This document shows positions 27,203 through 36,370 of a stretch of DNA of 37,117 bases, in pieces. The DNA lies in the IMG/VR virus record IMGVR_UViG_3300006016_000021, positions 1 through 37,117 of that record; one strand, given 5' to 3'. Both the position numbers and the translations under genes were made by a program. Within the stretch, counting starts at the first letter, position 1, and every line of letters begins with the position of its first letter. A model generated the notes under the pieces. That model did not search any database. It had not been told where the DNA came from and saw only the letters and a list, made by a program, of their open reading frames with translations. This DNA is from a virus (Duplodnaviria; Caudoviricetes).

Positions 27203-27834
27203 GCCTCTCCGCGTTCATCGACGATGCGATCTTTCCCATCCATGTCTCGGCAGGCTCTCCGGGTGGACCCGACTGGCCGGCCGAGATCGTCGAGCTTTCC
27301 TCGGGCGCCGAGGAACGCAACACCCGCTGGTCGGCGCCGCTCAGAACCTACGACGCCCGGTTTGGCGTGCGCACGCCAGCCGAACTCTATGAGGTTCTGT
27401 CACTCTACAAGGTTGCCAGGGGACGGCTACGCGGCTTCCGGTTTCTCGACTGGACCGACTATCGGTCCGCCGCACCGAATGCCGCGCCCTCGGCCACTGA
27501 CCAGGCTCTTGGCACAGGCGACGGCGAGACAACTGACTTCCAACTGGTCAAACGCTACAGCTTTGCCGGCGAGAGCTTTGACCGGACCATCACGCGGCCT
27601 TTCGGAACGCTGCTGATCGCGGTTGACGGCGTACCGGCCGCCACAGGCTGGACACTCGACGTCACGACCGGGATCGTGACTTTCCACACCGCGCCAGCCG
27701 ATGAATCCGTGCTGACCTGGGGCGGTCAGTTCCATGTTCCGGTCCGGTTCGATTGCAAGCTCGATCAGATCTCCCTGCGCACGGCGGCAATCGGCGACAT
27801 TCCATCCATTTTTCTCAAGGAGCTGCGGGAATGA
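27199..27834 (+). CDS. DUF2460 / TIGR02217 GTA-like distal tail protein
   Basis: SGAEERNTRW, ARGRLRGFRFLDWTD, GTGDGETTDFQLVKRY, FHVPVRFD. Confidence 0.88.
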   Translation: MSLSAFIDDAIFPIHVSAGSPGGPDWPAEIVELSSGAEERNTRWSAPLRTYDARFGVRTPAELYEVLSLYKVARGRLRGFRFLDWTDYRSAAPNAAPSATDQALGTGDGETTDFQLVKRYSFAGESFDRTITRPFGTLLIAVDGVPAATGWTLDVTTGIVTFHTAPADESVLTWGGQFHVPVRFDCKLDQISLRTAAIGDIPSIFLKELRE

Positions 27835-28727
27835 AGACGATCCCGGCCGGACTGGCCCTTTTGCTGGAATGCGGCGTGACCACCTTGTGCACATGCTGGC
27901 GTGTCGAACGCGGCGATGGAGAGGTTTTTGGCTTTACCGATCATGACCGGCCGCTCGTGTTCGGCGGGACACCTTACGAGCCTGCCAGCGGCTTTGCCGC
28001 CTCCGATCTGGCATCGTCGCTCGGCCTGGCGGTGGACACGATGGAGGTGCAGGGCGCGCTATCGTCGGAAGCGATCGGCACGGATGACCTGGCAGTGGGT
28101 CTCTGGGACAATGCGGCCATCGAGATCTGGAAAGTCGACTGGTCGAACACCGGTAATCGGGTGATCTTGCGAAAGGGCGCTCTGGGCGAGGTCACGCGCG
28201 GCGACGTCGCCTTCATGGCCGAGATCCGCGGTCTTGCGCATGAACTCAACCAGGAGCGCGGCCGGACGTACTCGAGAACCTGCGACGCGGTGGTTGGAGA
28301 TGCCCGTTGCAAGGTCAACCTCGACGATCCTGCCTTCAAGGGGTCCGGTGCGGTCGTTTCTTCCGCGGATGATCGGTTGCTGACAGTTACGGGCCTTGAA
28401 GCCTTCGACGAAGGCTGGTTCTTCCAAGGACTGCTGACCTGGACGTCAGGAAACAATACCGGCGCGAATGTCGAGATCGCGGCGCATGTATTCCAGGCTA
28501 ATCTCTCCGTGCGCCTGCAGATGTGGCGCCGCGCCGCGTTTCCAATCCAGGCAGGTGACGCATTCACCGTCACGGCGGGCTGCGGCAAGACCTTCAAGAT
28601 CTGTCAGGTGAAGTTCAGCAACGCGGCGAATTTTCGAGGTTTCCCGCACGTCCCGGGTAATGATTTCGCGCTGTCGATCGCCAAGAAGGAGGCCGTCAAT
28701 GATGGCGGCAGCTTCTTCAATGATTGA
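27831..28727 (+). CDS. DUF2163 / TIGR02218 GTA-like baseplate hub protein
   Basis: CWRVERGDGEVFGFTDHD, CDAVVGDARC, GCGKTFKIC, NFRGFPHVPG. Confidence 0.88.
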   Translation: MKTIPAGLALLLECGVTTLCTCWRVERGDGEVFGFTDHDRPLVFGGTPYEPASGFAASDLASSLGLAVDTMEVQGALSSEAIGTDDLAVGLWDNAAIEIWKVDWSNTGNRVILRKGALGEVTRGDVAFMAEIRGLAHELNQERGRTYSRTCDAVVGDARCKVNLDDPAFKGSGAVVSSADDRLLTVTGLEAFDEGWFFQGLLTWTSGNNTGANVEIAAHVFQANLSVRLQMWRRAAFPIQAGDAFTVTAGCGKTFKICQVKFSNAANFRGFPHVPGNDFALSIAKKEAVNDGGSFFND

Positions 28728-29163
28728 TTTTCGCGCCACGATCATAGCCGAAGCCCGCGGTTGGATCGGGACGCCCTATCGTCACCAAGGCGCCGACAAG
28801 CAAATCGGCTGCGATTGTCTCGGACTGGTAAGGGGAATCTGGCGAGAGATTTACGGGTCGGATGCGGAAGTTCCTGCGGCCTATGCCTCCGGATGGGCGG
28901 TCGCCGATCGCGATGAAACACTGTTGAAGGGAGCCTCGCGGCACCTTGAACCAAAGCAACTGGATGCGATGGCGCCTGGCGATGTGCTGGCCTTTCGGTG
29001 GCGGCCAAACCTGCCGGCAAAACACTGCGGGATTCTCGTCAGCGGCAACCGGATGGTCCATGCCTATGAGTCCGCTGGCCGCGTGGCCGAGGGAGCACTG
29101 CATCCATTGTGGCGAAAACGGATCGCCGGTGTCTTCTCTTTTCCGGTGCCTGGAGGAGATTGA
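28720..29163 (+). CDS. NlpC/P60 cell-wall peptidase (TIGR02219-like)
   Basis: ARGWIGTPYRHQG, GCDCLGLVRG, AKHCGIL, MVHAY. Confidence 0.9.
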   Translation: MIDFRATIIAEARGWIGTPYRHQGADKQIGCDCLGLVRGIWREIYGSDAEVPAAYASGWAVADRDETLLKGASRHLEPKQLDAMAPGDVLAFRWRPNLPAKHCGILVSGNRMVHAYESAGRVAEGALHPLWRKRIAGVFSFPVPGGD

Positions 29164-29165
29164 TA

Positions 29166-32100
29166 ATGGCGACGCTCGTCCTCGCAGCGATAGGCAGTTC
29201 CGTCGGCGGCGGCCTTTTCGGTTCGGTGGGCGCTGTCGTCGGTCAGGCAGTGGGCGCCATAGCCGGCTCGTTTATCGACGGCGCGATCGTCAACGCTCTG
29301 ACACCACCAGTAAGCAGACAGGGTCCGAGGCTAACCACCGCCAATTTCCAGACATCGACCGAAGGCGCAAACATAGAAAGGCTGCATGGCCGGGCGCGGA
29401 TTTCCGGCAATATCATCTGGGCGACCCGCTTCGAGGAAGAGATCACGGTCGAGAGATCAGGTGGCAAGGGCTTGGGCGGACCAAAGGTCGAAACCACGAC
29501 CTATTCCTATTTCGGAAACTTCGCGATCGGTCTCGCGGAAGGCCCTATCGCGGGCATCGGCCGTATTTGGGCCGATGGCGCGGAGATCGATCAGACGGAT
29601 TTCGAGTTCCGGGTCTACCTGGGCGATGAAGAGCAAGAAGCCGATCCGCTGATCGAGGCCAAGGAAGGCGAAGGCAACGCGCCCGCTTATCGCGGTCTCG
29701 CCTATATCGTCTTCGAACGGATGCCATTGGAGGGGTTCGGACGCCGTCTGCCGCAAATCGCCGTCGAAGTGTACAGGCCGGTCGGCGAGCTTGAGCGGCT
29801 GGTTCGCGGCGTCTGCGTCATCGGCGGCAACGAGTTCGGGTTTGATACCGATCTCGTCAGGGAGGTCGCGGAAACGGGCGGCGCGGGGCAGAACCGCCAC
29901 ACGCTCATCGCTACAACGGACTGGGCCGCATCGATCGACCGGCTGCAAATGCTATGCCCGAACCTTGAGGCGGTGACGCTGGTTGCGCCCTGGTTCGGCG
30001 ACGATCTCCGCTGCGGCAGCTGCACGATCCGGCCAAAGGTCGATTCCGCCACAAAGGCCACAAGCCCGCATCTCTGGTCTGTCGCGGGCCTGACACGTGC
30101 GACGGCTGATACTGTCAGCCTGCATGACGGGACACCGGCATTCGGCGGATCGCCCTCGGATGCAAGCCTGATCCGCGCCATCCAGGACCTTCACGAGCGA
30201 GGGCTGAAGGTGACGCTGTTGCCGTTCTTGATGATGGATGTCCCGTTTGGCAATGACCTGCCGAACCCCTATTCCGATGATGCGGGAGAGACCGGCCAGG
30301 CGCCCTATCCCTGGCGCGGCCGCATCACCGGGTCGCCAGCGCCTGGCTTTGACGGCACAGCCGACAAAACCGGCGCGGCTGCGGCGCAGGTTTCCGCCTT
30401 TGTCGGTTCGGCCGAGGCCGCTGATTTCAGCGGCGCAGGTGTGGCCGTGACCTATTCGGGACCGGCCGAATGGTCGTACCGCCGCTTCATTCTCCACTAT
30501 GCCCAGCTCGCTGCATTGGCCGGTGGCGTCGAGACATTCCTGATAGGCTCCGAAATGATTGGTCTGACGCAATTGCGTTCGGATGCATCCACCTATCCGT
30601 TCGTCTCCGCGCTGATCGATATCGCTGACGAGGTTCGGACGCTGCTCGGAGCAGGCGTCGCGATAAGCTATGCGGCCGACTGGTCGGAATATCATTCCCA
30701 CCGGCCCGTGGACGGCTCGGGCGATGTGTTCTTCAATCTCGATCCACTCTGGTCTGACGCCCGGATCGACTTCATCGGCATCGATAATTACATGCCTTTG
30801 GCCGATTGGCGCGATGGCACACAGCACGTCGATTTTAACCCAGCAGGCGCAACCACGATCTATGACGACGGCTATCTCCGCAGCAATGTCGAGGGCGGGG
30901 AATATTACGACTGGTATTACGACAACCAGGCCGCGCGCGACACCCAGAGCCGCACACCGATCACTGACGGGCTTTCGGGAAAACCCTGGGTGTTCCGCCA
31001 GAAGGACATCCGAAACTGGTGGCAAAACCTGCATCACGACCGGCCCGGTGGCGGCGAGGCCGGAACCCCGACCGGCTGGATTGCGGAGAGCAAGCCGGTC
31101 CGCTTCATCGAAATGGGCTGTCCGGCCGTCGACAAGGGCGCCAACCAGCCAAATGTCTTTGTCGATCCGAAGTCGTCGGAATCCGAATGGCCGTATTATT
31201 CGAGCCGGGCACGCGATGACGCCATGCAACGCGCATGGCTGGGTGCGCTGACCGGCTGGTGGAGCGACCACAATCCGGTTTCGGCGGGCTATGCGGGACC
31301 GATGGTCGATCTGGAAAATTCCAGCGTCTGGTGCTGGGACGTGCGTCCATGGCCATCGTTTCCCTTCGACGCCAACTGGGGCGATGCTGCAAACTGGGAA
31401 CAGGGCCATTGGCTCTCCGGCCGGCTTGGGGCGGCGCCGGCGCGGGAGACGATCACCGCGCTGCTCGATGACGCGCAGTTTGACGACTATCTCATCGAAC
31501 CGATCCCCATGGTTGTTGACGGCGTAACGACCGGTTCACTCTCGACGGCGCGCTCGGTGCTCGACGCTCTACGAGCGCCCTACCAGTTCGACGCCATCGA
31601 GAGCGATGGCGTGATCAAGTTCGCAGCCCGTCTCGGCCGGGCCTCGGTGGCGACGATCTCCGGAGATGACCTGGCTGTCGCCGGAGACAACCCATCGCGC
31701 TTCAAGCTGACCCGCGCCCAGGAAACAGAGCTTCCGGACGCAATCAAGATCGGCTACGGGGACCCGGTACGCGACGATCAGCCGGCAAGCGTGGAGGCGC
31801 GCCGGTCGTCGGGTGGTTCGCTTCGGATCATCGAATTCGCCACGCCGGTCATCATGGCCGAGAATTTCGCCGCCGGCATCGCCGAACGTGAGTTGCAATC
31901 GGCCTGGGTTGGCCGCGAAAGAGCGGAGTTCGCTTTGCCTCCATCGCGCCTGGCGCTCGACCCCGGTGATGTCGTCGACTTCTTGCCTGCCGGCCGGCAG
32001 ATGCGCCTGTCGGACATCGCCGACGCCGAGACGCGCCAGGTCGAGGCCTTTGCGGTCGACCCGACGATGCTTGCGCCTGTCCAATTGCCGCGCTCATCCG

Positions 32101-33056
32101 GGCGCAGTCTCAAACCTCGCCTGTTTCTCGATGCGGACGTGATCTTCATGGACGGGCCGTTGCTCCGGGACCGCGACAGCGATCATGCCGCCTACGCGGC
32201 AGGCCTCATGCTGCCCTTCGGTTCCGGAATTGCCTGTTACCGGGAGTCGGGTGCAGCCTTTGCATTTGATTCTCTCTTGACGGTACCCATGACGGCTGGC
32301 GTGCTGGAGCATGATTTCTATTCCGGCCCCGCGTGGCGGTGGGACCGGGTCAACACGCTCTATGTTCGGCTCTATCGCGGCGATTTCTCTTCCGCCGACG
32401 AACTGGCCGTTCTCAACGGAGCCAATCCGCTTGCTGTCGAGAATGCCGATGGCGAATGGGAGGTCTTGCAGTTTGCCAGTGCCGCAGCACTCGGAGAGCG
32501 GGTCTTTGCACTGACCAATCTCTTGCGCGGGCAGAGGGGCAGCGAACATGCGATGCGTGATCCGGTCAGCGCCGGCGCAAGGGTGCTCCTGCTCAATGCA
32601 GCTGTCTCTCAAACGAACCTGCCGAGAGACCTGGTTGGACTGCCGCTGCAATGGCGGTGTGGCCCGGCCGGTCGCGCTGTCGCGGATGACGGGTTCATCG
32701 AACAGACCGTGACATTGAAAGCAAAGGCGCGCCGGCCACTGTCGCCGGTACATCTGGCAGCATTGTGGGAGGATGACGGTGATATCCAACTGTCCTGGAC
32801 CAGACGGACCCGGATTGATGGCGACAATTGGGAACAGGGCGAAGTTCCGCTCGGAGAAGCGCTGGAGACCTATGAAGTCGAGATTCTCGACGGCGGCACG
32901 ATCGTTCGAACCGTCACGGGACTAGGGGCTCCGGCCTGGCTTTATAGACTTGATGATCAAACAACGGATTTTGGCGGGGCGGCTCTGTCAATATCCTTCA
33001 AGGTCTATCAGATGTCGGCCCGCTTCGGACGCGGCATTGCCGGGGAGTATCCCTGA
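29166..33056 (+). CDS. GTA-like baseplate multidomain protein (megatron, TIM-barrel-like domain)
   Basis: GNIIWAT, APAYRGLAY, WFGDDLRCG, YPWRGRI, YAADWSEY, IDNYMPLADWRDG, KGANQPNVF, LLRGQRGSE. Confidence 0.9.
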   Translation: MATLVLAAIGSSVGGGLFGSVGAVVGQAVGAIAGSFIDGAIVNALTPPVSRQGPRLTTANFQTSTEGANIERLHGRARISGNIIWATRFEEEITVERSGGKGLGGPKVETTTYSYFGNFAIGLAEGPIAGIGRIWADGAEIDQTDFEFRVYLGDEEQEADPLIEAKEGEGNAPAYRGLAYIVFERMPLEGFGRRLPQIAVEVYRPVGELERLVRGVCVIGGNEFGFDTDLVREVAETGGAGQNRHTLIATTDWAASIDRLQMLCPNLEAVTLVAPWFGDDLRCGSCTIRPKVDSATKATSPHLWSVAGLTRATADTVSLHDGTPAFGGSPSDASLIRAIQDLHERGLKVTLLPFLMMDVPFGNDLPNPYSDDAGETGQAPYPWRGRITGSPAPGFDGTADKTGAAAAQVSAFVGSAEAADFSGAGVAVTYSGPAEWSYRRFILHYAQLAALAGGVETFLIGSEMIGLTQLRSDASTYPFVSALIDIADEVRTLLGAGVAISYAADWSEYHSHRPVDGSGDVFFNLDPLWSDARIDFIGIDNYMPLADWRDGTQHVDFNPAGATTIYDDGYLRSNVEGGEYYDWYYDNQAARDTQSRTPITDGLSGKPWVFRQKDIRNWWQNLHHDRPGGGEAGTPTGWIAESKPVRFIEMGCPAVDKGANQPNVFVDPKSSESEWPYYSSRARDDAMQRAWLGALTGWWSDHNPVSAGYAGPMVDLENSSVWCWDVRPWPSFPFDANWGDAANWEQGHWLSGRLGAAPARETITALLDDAQFDDYLIEPIPMVVDGVTTGSLSTARSVLDALRAPYQFDAIESDGVIKFAARLGRASVATISGDDLAVAGDNPSRFKLTRAQETELPDAIKIGYGDPVRDDQPASVEARRSSGGSLRIIEFATPVIMAENFAAGIAERELQSAWVGRERAEFALPPSRLALDPGDVVDFLPAGRQMRLSDIADAETRQVEAFAVDPTMLAPVQLPRSSGRSLKPRLFLDADVIFMDGPLLRDRDSDHAAYAAGLMLPFGSGIACYRESGAAFAFDSLLTVPMTAGVLEHDFYSGPAWRWDRVNTLYVRLYRGDFSSADELAVLNGANPLAVENADGEWEVLQFASAAALGERVFALTNLLRGQRGSEHAMRDPVSAGARVLLLNAAVSQTNLPRDLVGLPLQWRCGPAGRAVADDGFIEQTVTLKAKARRPLSPVHLAALWEDDGDIQLSWTRRTRIDGDNWEQGEVPLGEALETYEVEILDGGTIVRTVTGLGAPAWLYRLDDQTTDFGGAALSISFKVYQMSARFGRGIAGEYP

Positions 33057-34012
33057 TGGCAGTTACTCAACTCTCCACATCCTGGCTTGGCTATAACCAG
33101 AGCAGCGGTCAACTCGAATTCTGGGATGGAAGCCGCTACCGCCCGCTTGCAGAGGCCGCGGGCTATGCAGCGGTCGTACACTCGCATGCGATCGGCGACG
33201 TCACCGGATTGCCAGAAGCGCTCGATGAAAAGCTGCCGCTTGCGGGTGGAGCCATGAGCGGGACATTGTCGCTTCCGCAGTTGGAGCTGCATGTGTCCTC
33301 ACCGCTCACCGGCGATGAAAATGGACTCTATATCAACGGCATCCGCATCAACACCGATGCCAATCGCCCTGCCGGCATCTTGAGGTCCCAGCAGGCGTTC
33401 ATTGCAAACGGGACATGGACGCGCCCGGCCGGTATTCGCAAGATCCTTGTCTATGTGTGGGGCGGTGGCGGCGGTGGCGGCGGCGCACAGGGTGGCGTCG
33501 GCAATGGAGCCTGTGGTGCAGGCGGCGGCGCAGGCGGGTTCGGCTGGAAGCTGATCGACGTGTCGGCGATCGCCAGCGTTGCCGTCACAATAGGCGCGGC
33601 TGGCACGGCCGGGGCTTCGACTGGCGGCACAGGTGGGACCGGCGGAGCCACCAGTTTTGGCGCCCATGTTTCCGCTACCGGCGGCATAGGCGGGACCAGT
33701 CAATCGAGCGGCAATTATGGTCAGATCGTCCAGGGCGGTTCGGCTGGCACAGCCAGTGGTGGCGATTTCAATTTCACCGGATCCGCGGGCTCGCCAGGCA
33801 TCCGGCTCGACGTCAACAACGGCATCGCCGGCCGAGGCGCGTCTTCAGCATGGCTGGGAGGCGGAGGCAACGGCTTTGCTGGAAACACAGCTGGCCAGAA
33901 CGGTTTCGCGCGCGGCGACGGCGGCGGCGGCGGCGTGGTCGCGGACAATGCGTCCGGTCGCGCTGGAGGTACAGGCGCGACCGGAATGATTTGGATCTGG
34001 GAATTCGAATGA
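33056..34012 (+). CDS. Glycine-rich tail fibre/spike-type structural protein
   Basis: HSHAIGDVTGL fibre repeat, LPLAGGAMSG, GTWTRPAG..VWGGGGGGG...GMIWIWEF. Confidence 0.7.
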   Translation: MAVTQLSTSWLGYNQSSGQLEFWDGSRYRPLAEAAGYAAVVHSHAIGDVTGLPEALDEKLPLAGGAMSGTLSLPQLELHVSSPLTGDENGLYINGIRINTDANRPAGILRSQQAFIANGTWTRPAGIRKILVYVWGGGGGGGGAQGGVGNGACGAGGGAGGFGWKLIDVSAIASVAVTIGAAGTAGASTGGTGGTGGATSFGAHVSATGGIGGTSQSSGNYGQIVQGGSAGTASGGDFNFTGSAGSPGIRLDVNNGIAGRGASSAWLGGGGNGFAGNTAGQNGFARGDGGGGGVVADNASGRAGGTGATGMIWIWEFE

Positions 34013-34022
34013 GGAAACGAAC

Positions 34023-35018
34023 GTGACAGAAACAACACCGAAACTGCAGTTGCCGCTGATCGCCGCTGCGCAAGCGCAGAAACATGTCACGCATAACGAA
34101 GCGCTGCTCAGGCTTGACGCGTTGAGCGGCTTCATCCGGGTCATATCTCGCGGATTGACCTCTCCTCCCGGCTTTGCGGCAGATGGCGATATCTACTTGT
34201 TGCCTGCGGCAGGATCTGGTGGCTGGGCCGGGTTCGTCGAGAACGATCTGGCATGGGCCATGGATGGGAGTTGGACCCGCATCGCCCCGACAGTCGGAAT
34301 GATCGGACTCCTGGCGGACGAGTATGATCGGCAGATCCGTTGGACTGGCTCGCGATGGGAATCGATGACCCGGCTTATGTTTACCCCTGGTGGCGACGGC
34401 ACGGTGTCGATCTATCGAACCGATACTACCTCGGCCCAGAATCCGCGAACTGCTGTAATTGACAGCATCTCCGGAGATACCATCACCCTTACCAGCGCGA
34501 TTGCGAACAGTTTTTTTAGCTTCACTATGGGTGGCGTCAGCATGGCGCGGATCTGGAACACGACCCTCAGTCCCGACAGTCATAGCGCTTGGGTAAAGAC
34601 CTATGTCGGCGCATCTTCGCTCCAGATCAGCGATGTGGCTGACATCGCCGGCTGGGCGTCCGGCAATACCATCCAACTGGGCGATCCGACCAGCATCACC
34701 CCGAACCGCTGCATTACGCTGGACATATCCCCGATGCTGATCAATCTGTTCGGCCAGCCGTTCCGGCAGTCGGGCTTGATTGTGAAGGCCAACATGATCG
34801 AGGCCGGTTCAACAGCGGGTGACAGTCTGGGCCTTTCAGCAGACGGTTCAGGCGGTTCCTTCGTCAACGCGGCCGTCCGCAGCGCCGGAGACGGCACCAC
34901 TCTGGTGTCCTGCACCGAGCTCTCACCCGTCTCCAATTCGAATTTGGTGAGGGTGAGAGAGAGCATCTCAGCAACAGCAGGAATTCGCCTGGTTTCTTCA
35001 GTCGCCGTGGCGGTCTGA
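34023..35018 (+). CDS. DUF2793-domain tail fibre / receptor-binding protein
   Basis: TPKLQLPLIAAAQAQKHVTHNEALLRLD N-terminus; GAGG RBS with GTG start. Confidence 0.82.
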   Translation: MTETTPKLQLPLIAAAQAQKHVTHNEALLRLDALSGFIRVISRGLTSPPGFAADGDIYLLPAAGSGGWAGFVENDLAWAMDGSWTRIAPTVGMIGLLADEYDRQIRWTGSRWESMTRLMFTPGGDGTVSIYRTDTTSAQNPRTAVIDSISGDTITLTSAIANSFFSFTMGGVSMARIWNTTLSPDSHSAWVKTYVGASSLQISDVADIAGWASGNTIQLGDPTSITPNRCITLDISPMLINLFGQPFRQSGLIVKANMIEAGSTAGDSLGLSADGSGGSFVNAAVRSAGDGTTLVSCTELSPVSNSNLVRVRESISATAGIRLVSSVAVAV

Positions 35019-35095
35019 CTTTCGAGCCCGAGGTTTCGCAACGGTTCAAGGAGCTGGAAGACAGCGCACAAGAAGCAATGCTCAGTTGACGGATG

Positions 35096-35226
35096 GACCG
35101 GGGCTTTCGCTCCGGTCGGCGGGGCAAGTCGCCAAACCAAACCCGCCGGACAGCAAGATGAGTTAACCGTCACCACCCGCCGCCTCTTTCGAGGCAGACG
35201 GAGGGTGACCGACAGATGGTTAATTC
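35096..35226 (+). other. Structured leader (three hairpins) upstream of com
   Basis: Stems 35096-35117, 35118-35147 and 35160-35226. Confidence 0.5.
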
Positions 35227-35229
35227 GAC

Positions 35230-35421
35230 ATGAAGGATGTCAGGTGCGGAAAATGCCAGGCCCTGCTTTTCAGGGCTGGACAGAACGCCACATTGGGCGA
35301 TATCGAAATCAAGTGCCGCCGATGCGGCACCATCAATCATCTGAGGCCATCCGAGCCCGCGACCGAACGCCAGGAGCGTCGATCAAGGAGCTCAAAGTGT
35401 GGCTATACATCCCGGACATGA
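35230..35421 (+). CDS. com: Com-family zinc-finger translational regulator
   Basis: VRCGKCQALLF...IEIKCRRCGTINH; overlaps start of the downstream modification gene as in Mu com/mom. Confidence 0.88.
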   Translation: MKDVRCGKCQALLFRAGQNATLGDIEIKCRRCGTINHLRPSEPATERQERRSRSSKCGYTSRT

Positions 35422-36322
35422 ACCCGCTCTCACAGGCCTTGCCCTGTGCGCAGGCGTTGGCGGCTTGGAGCTTGGCCTCCACATCGCAGAACCCCGATAT
35501 CGGACTGTTTGTTTCGTCGAGCGGGAAGCCTTCGCCGCGGCCACCCTCGTGGCGCGGATGGCAGACAAGGCCCTGGATAACGCGCCTGTCTGGGACGATG
35601 TCAAAGCCTTCGACGGCCGCCCGTGGCGTGGGAAGGTTTCTCTCGTCACTGGCGGATATCCCTGCCAGCCGTTCTCTTTCGCCGGACTCCAGCGCGGCAA
35701 GAACGACCCGCGTCATCTCTGGCCCGACATTGCCCGGATCATCGGCGAAGTCGACCCGGAATGGTGTTTCTTCGAAAATGTCGAAGGGCACCTCAGTGTG
35801 GGAGCCTCCGATGTCTTCCAAGACCTTCGCCGCATGGGCTTTAGCGTCAAAGCAGGCTTGTTTTCGGCGCTCGAGGTCGGCGCGCCCCATCTCCGACGGC
35901 GGCTCTTCATTCTGGCCCACGCCGACCACTACGATCTACACGAACAAGGTGGAACTGGAGTTGTCAGGAGCGGGGATGAAACTGAGGGACGATCCGACCC
36001 AGATCGGCTCCCAGATCTCGATCGGCAAGGCGGCGCGGCTCTGGACCATGATGTGGCTTCTGGTCAGGAGCTGGGGCGGTGTGCCGACCGGGAAAGCGAC
36101 ATCCCTCTATTCGCGCCCGCTCCATTTGAAGTTGGAGCCTGGCGGGAGGTACTTGAGCGGAGACCTGACCTTCAACCCGAAATTCTCGGATTGGTTGATG
36201 GGCTGGCCCCAGGGATGGACAGACCCAGAGCGGCCGGCAACGGAGTTGTCAGCCTGGTTGCGGCGCATGCGTGGCGAACTCTCAAGGATGAGCATTTGAG
36301 AAGGGGATTGAAGCTTGTTTGA
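35399..36322 (+). CDS. C5-cytosine DNA methyltransferase, alpha (catalytic) chain
   Basis: AAGGAG RBS + GTG; motif I LCAGVGG, IV GYPCQPFS, VI FENV, VIII HLRRRLFI, X GNGVV; no recognisable motif IX. Confidence 0.9.
   Translation: MAIHPGHEPALTGLALCAGVGGLELGLHIAEPRYRTVCFVEREAFAAATLVARMADKALDNAPVWDDVKAFDGRPWRGKVSLVTGGYPCQPFSFAGLQRGKNDPRHLWPDIARIIGEVDPEWCFFENVEGHLSVGASDVFQDLRRMGFSVKAGLFSALEVGAPHLRRRLFILAHADHYDLHEQGGTGVVRSGDETEGRSDPDRLPDLDRQGGAALDHDVASGQELGRCADRESDIPLFAPAPFEVGAWREVLERRPDLQPEILGLVDGLAPGMDRPRAAGNGVVSLVAAHAWRTLKDEHLRRGLKLV
35418..36299 (+). CDS. Nested +1-frame ORF: putative methyltransferase beta chain (TRD/motif IX)
   Basis: ATG overlaps com stop (ATGA); 293 codons open; WPTP and FNPKFSDWLMGWPQGWTD (36171-36224); true start could be further downstream. 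Confidence 0.7.
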   Translation: MNPLSQALPCAQALAAWSLASTSQNPDIGLFVSSSGKPSPRPPSWRGWQTRPWITRLSGTMSKPSTAARGVGRFLSSLADIPASRSLSPDSSAARTTRVISGPTLPGSSAKSTRNGVSSKMSKGTSVWEPPMSSKTFAAWALASKQACFRRSRSARPISDGGSSFWPTPTTTIYTNKVELELSGAGMKLRDDPTQIGSQISIGKAARLWTMMWLLVRSWGGVPTGKATSLYSRPLHLKLEPGGRYLSGDLTFNPKFSDWLMGWPQGWTDPERPATELSAWLRRMRGELSRMSI

Positions 36323-36370
36323 AACGAGCGAGTTAAGGCGAATCTTCTAAATCGCAGTAGTGGAAAACGG

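Noticed and set aside
29952-31409. 485-aa antisense ORF in the megatron gene (similarly 23073-24491)
   Set aside because: Shadow of GC-biased coding sequence; no motifs or RBS
33460-33990. GGC-rich repeats as a tandem repeat, CRISPR or DGR
   Set aside because: They encode poly-Gly tracts; no spacer structure, reverse transcriptase or template/variable repeat pair
35205-35417. Upstream extension of the beta-frame ORF from GTG 35205
   Set aside because: GTG lies inside the leader stem with no properly spaced SD and would fully overlap com; ATG 35418 is better supported
36323-36370. Possible Mu right end
   Set aside because: Only 48 bp, with no repeated transposase-binding sites identifiable; cannot be supported without the left end
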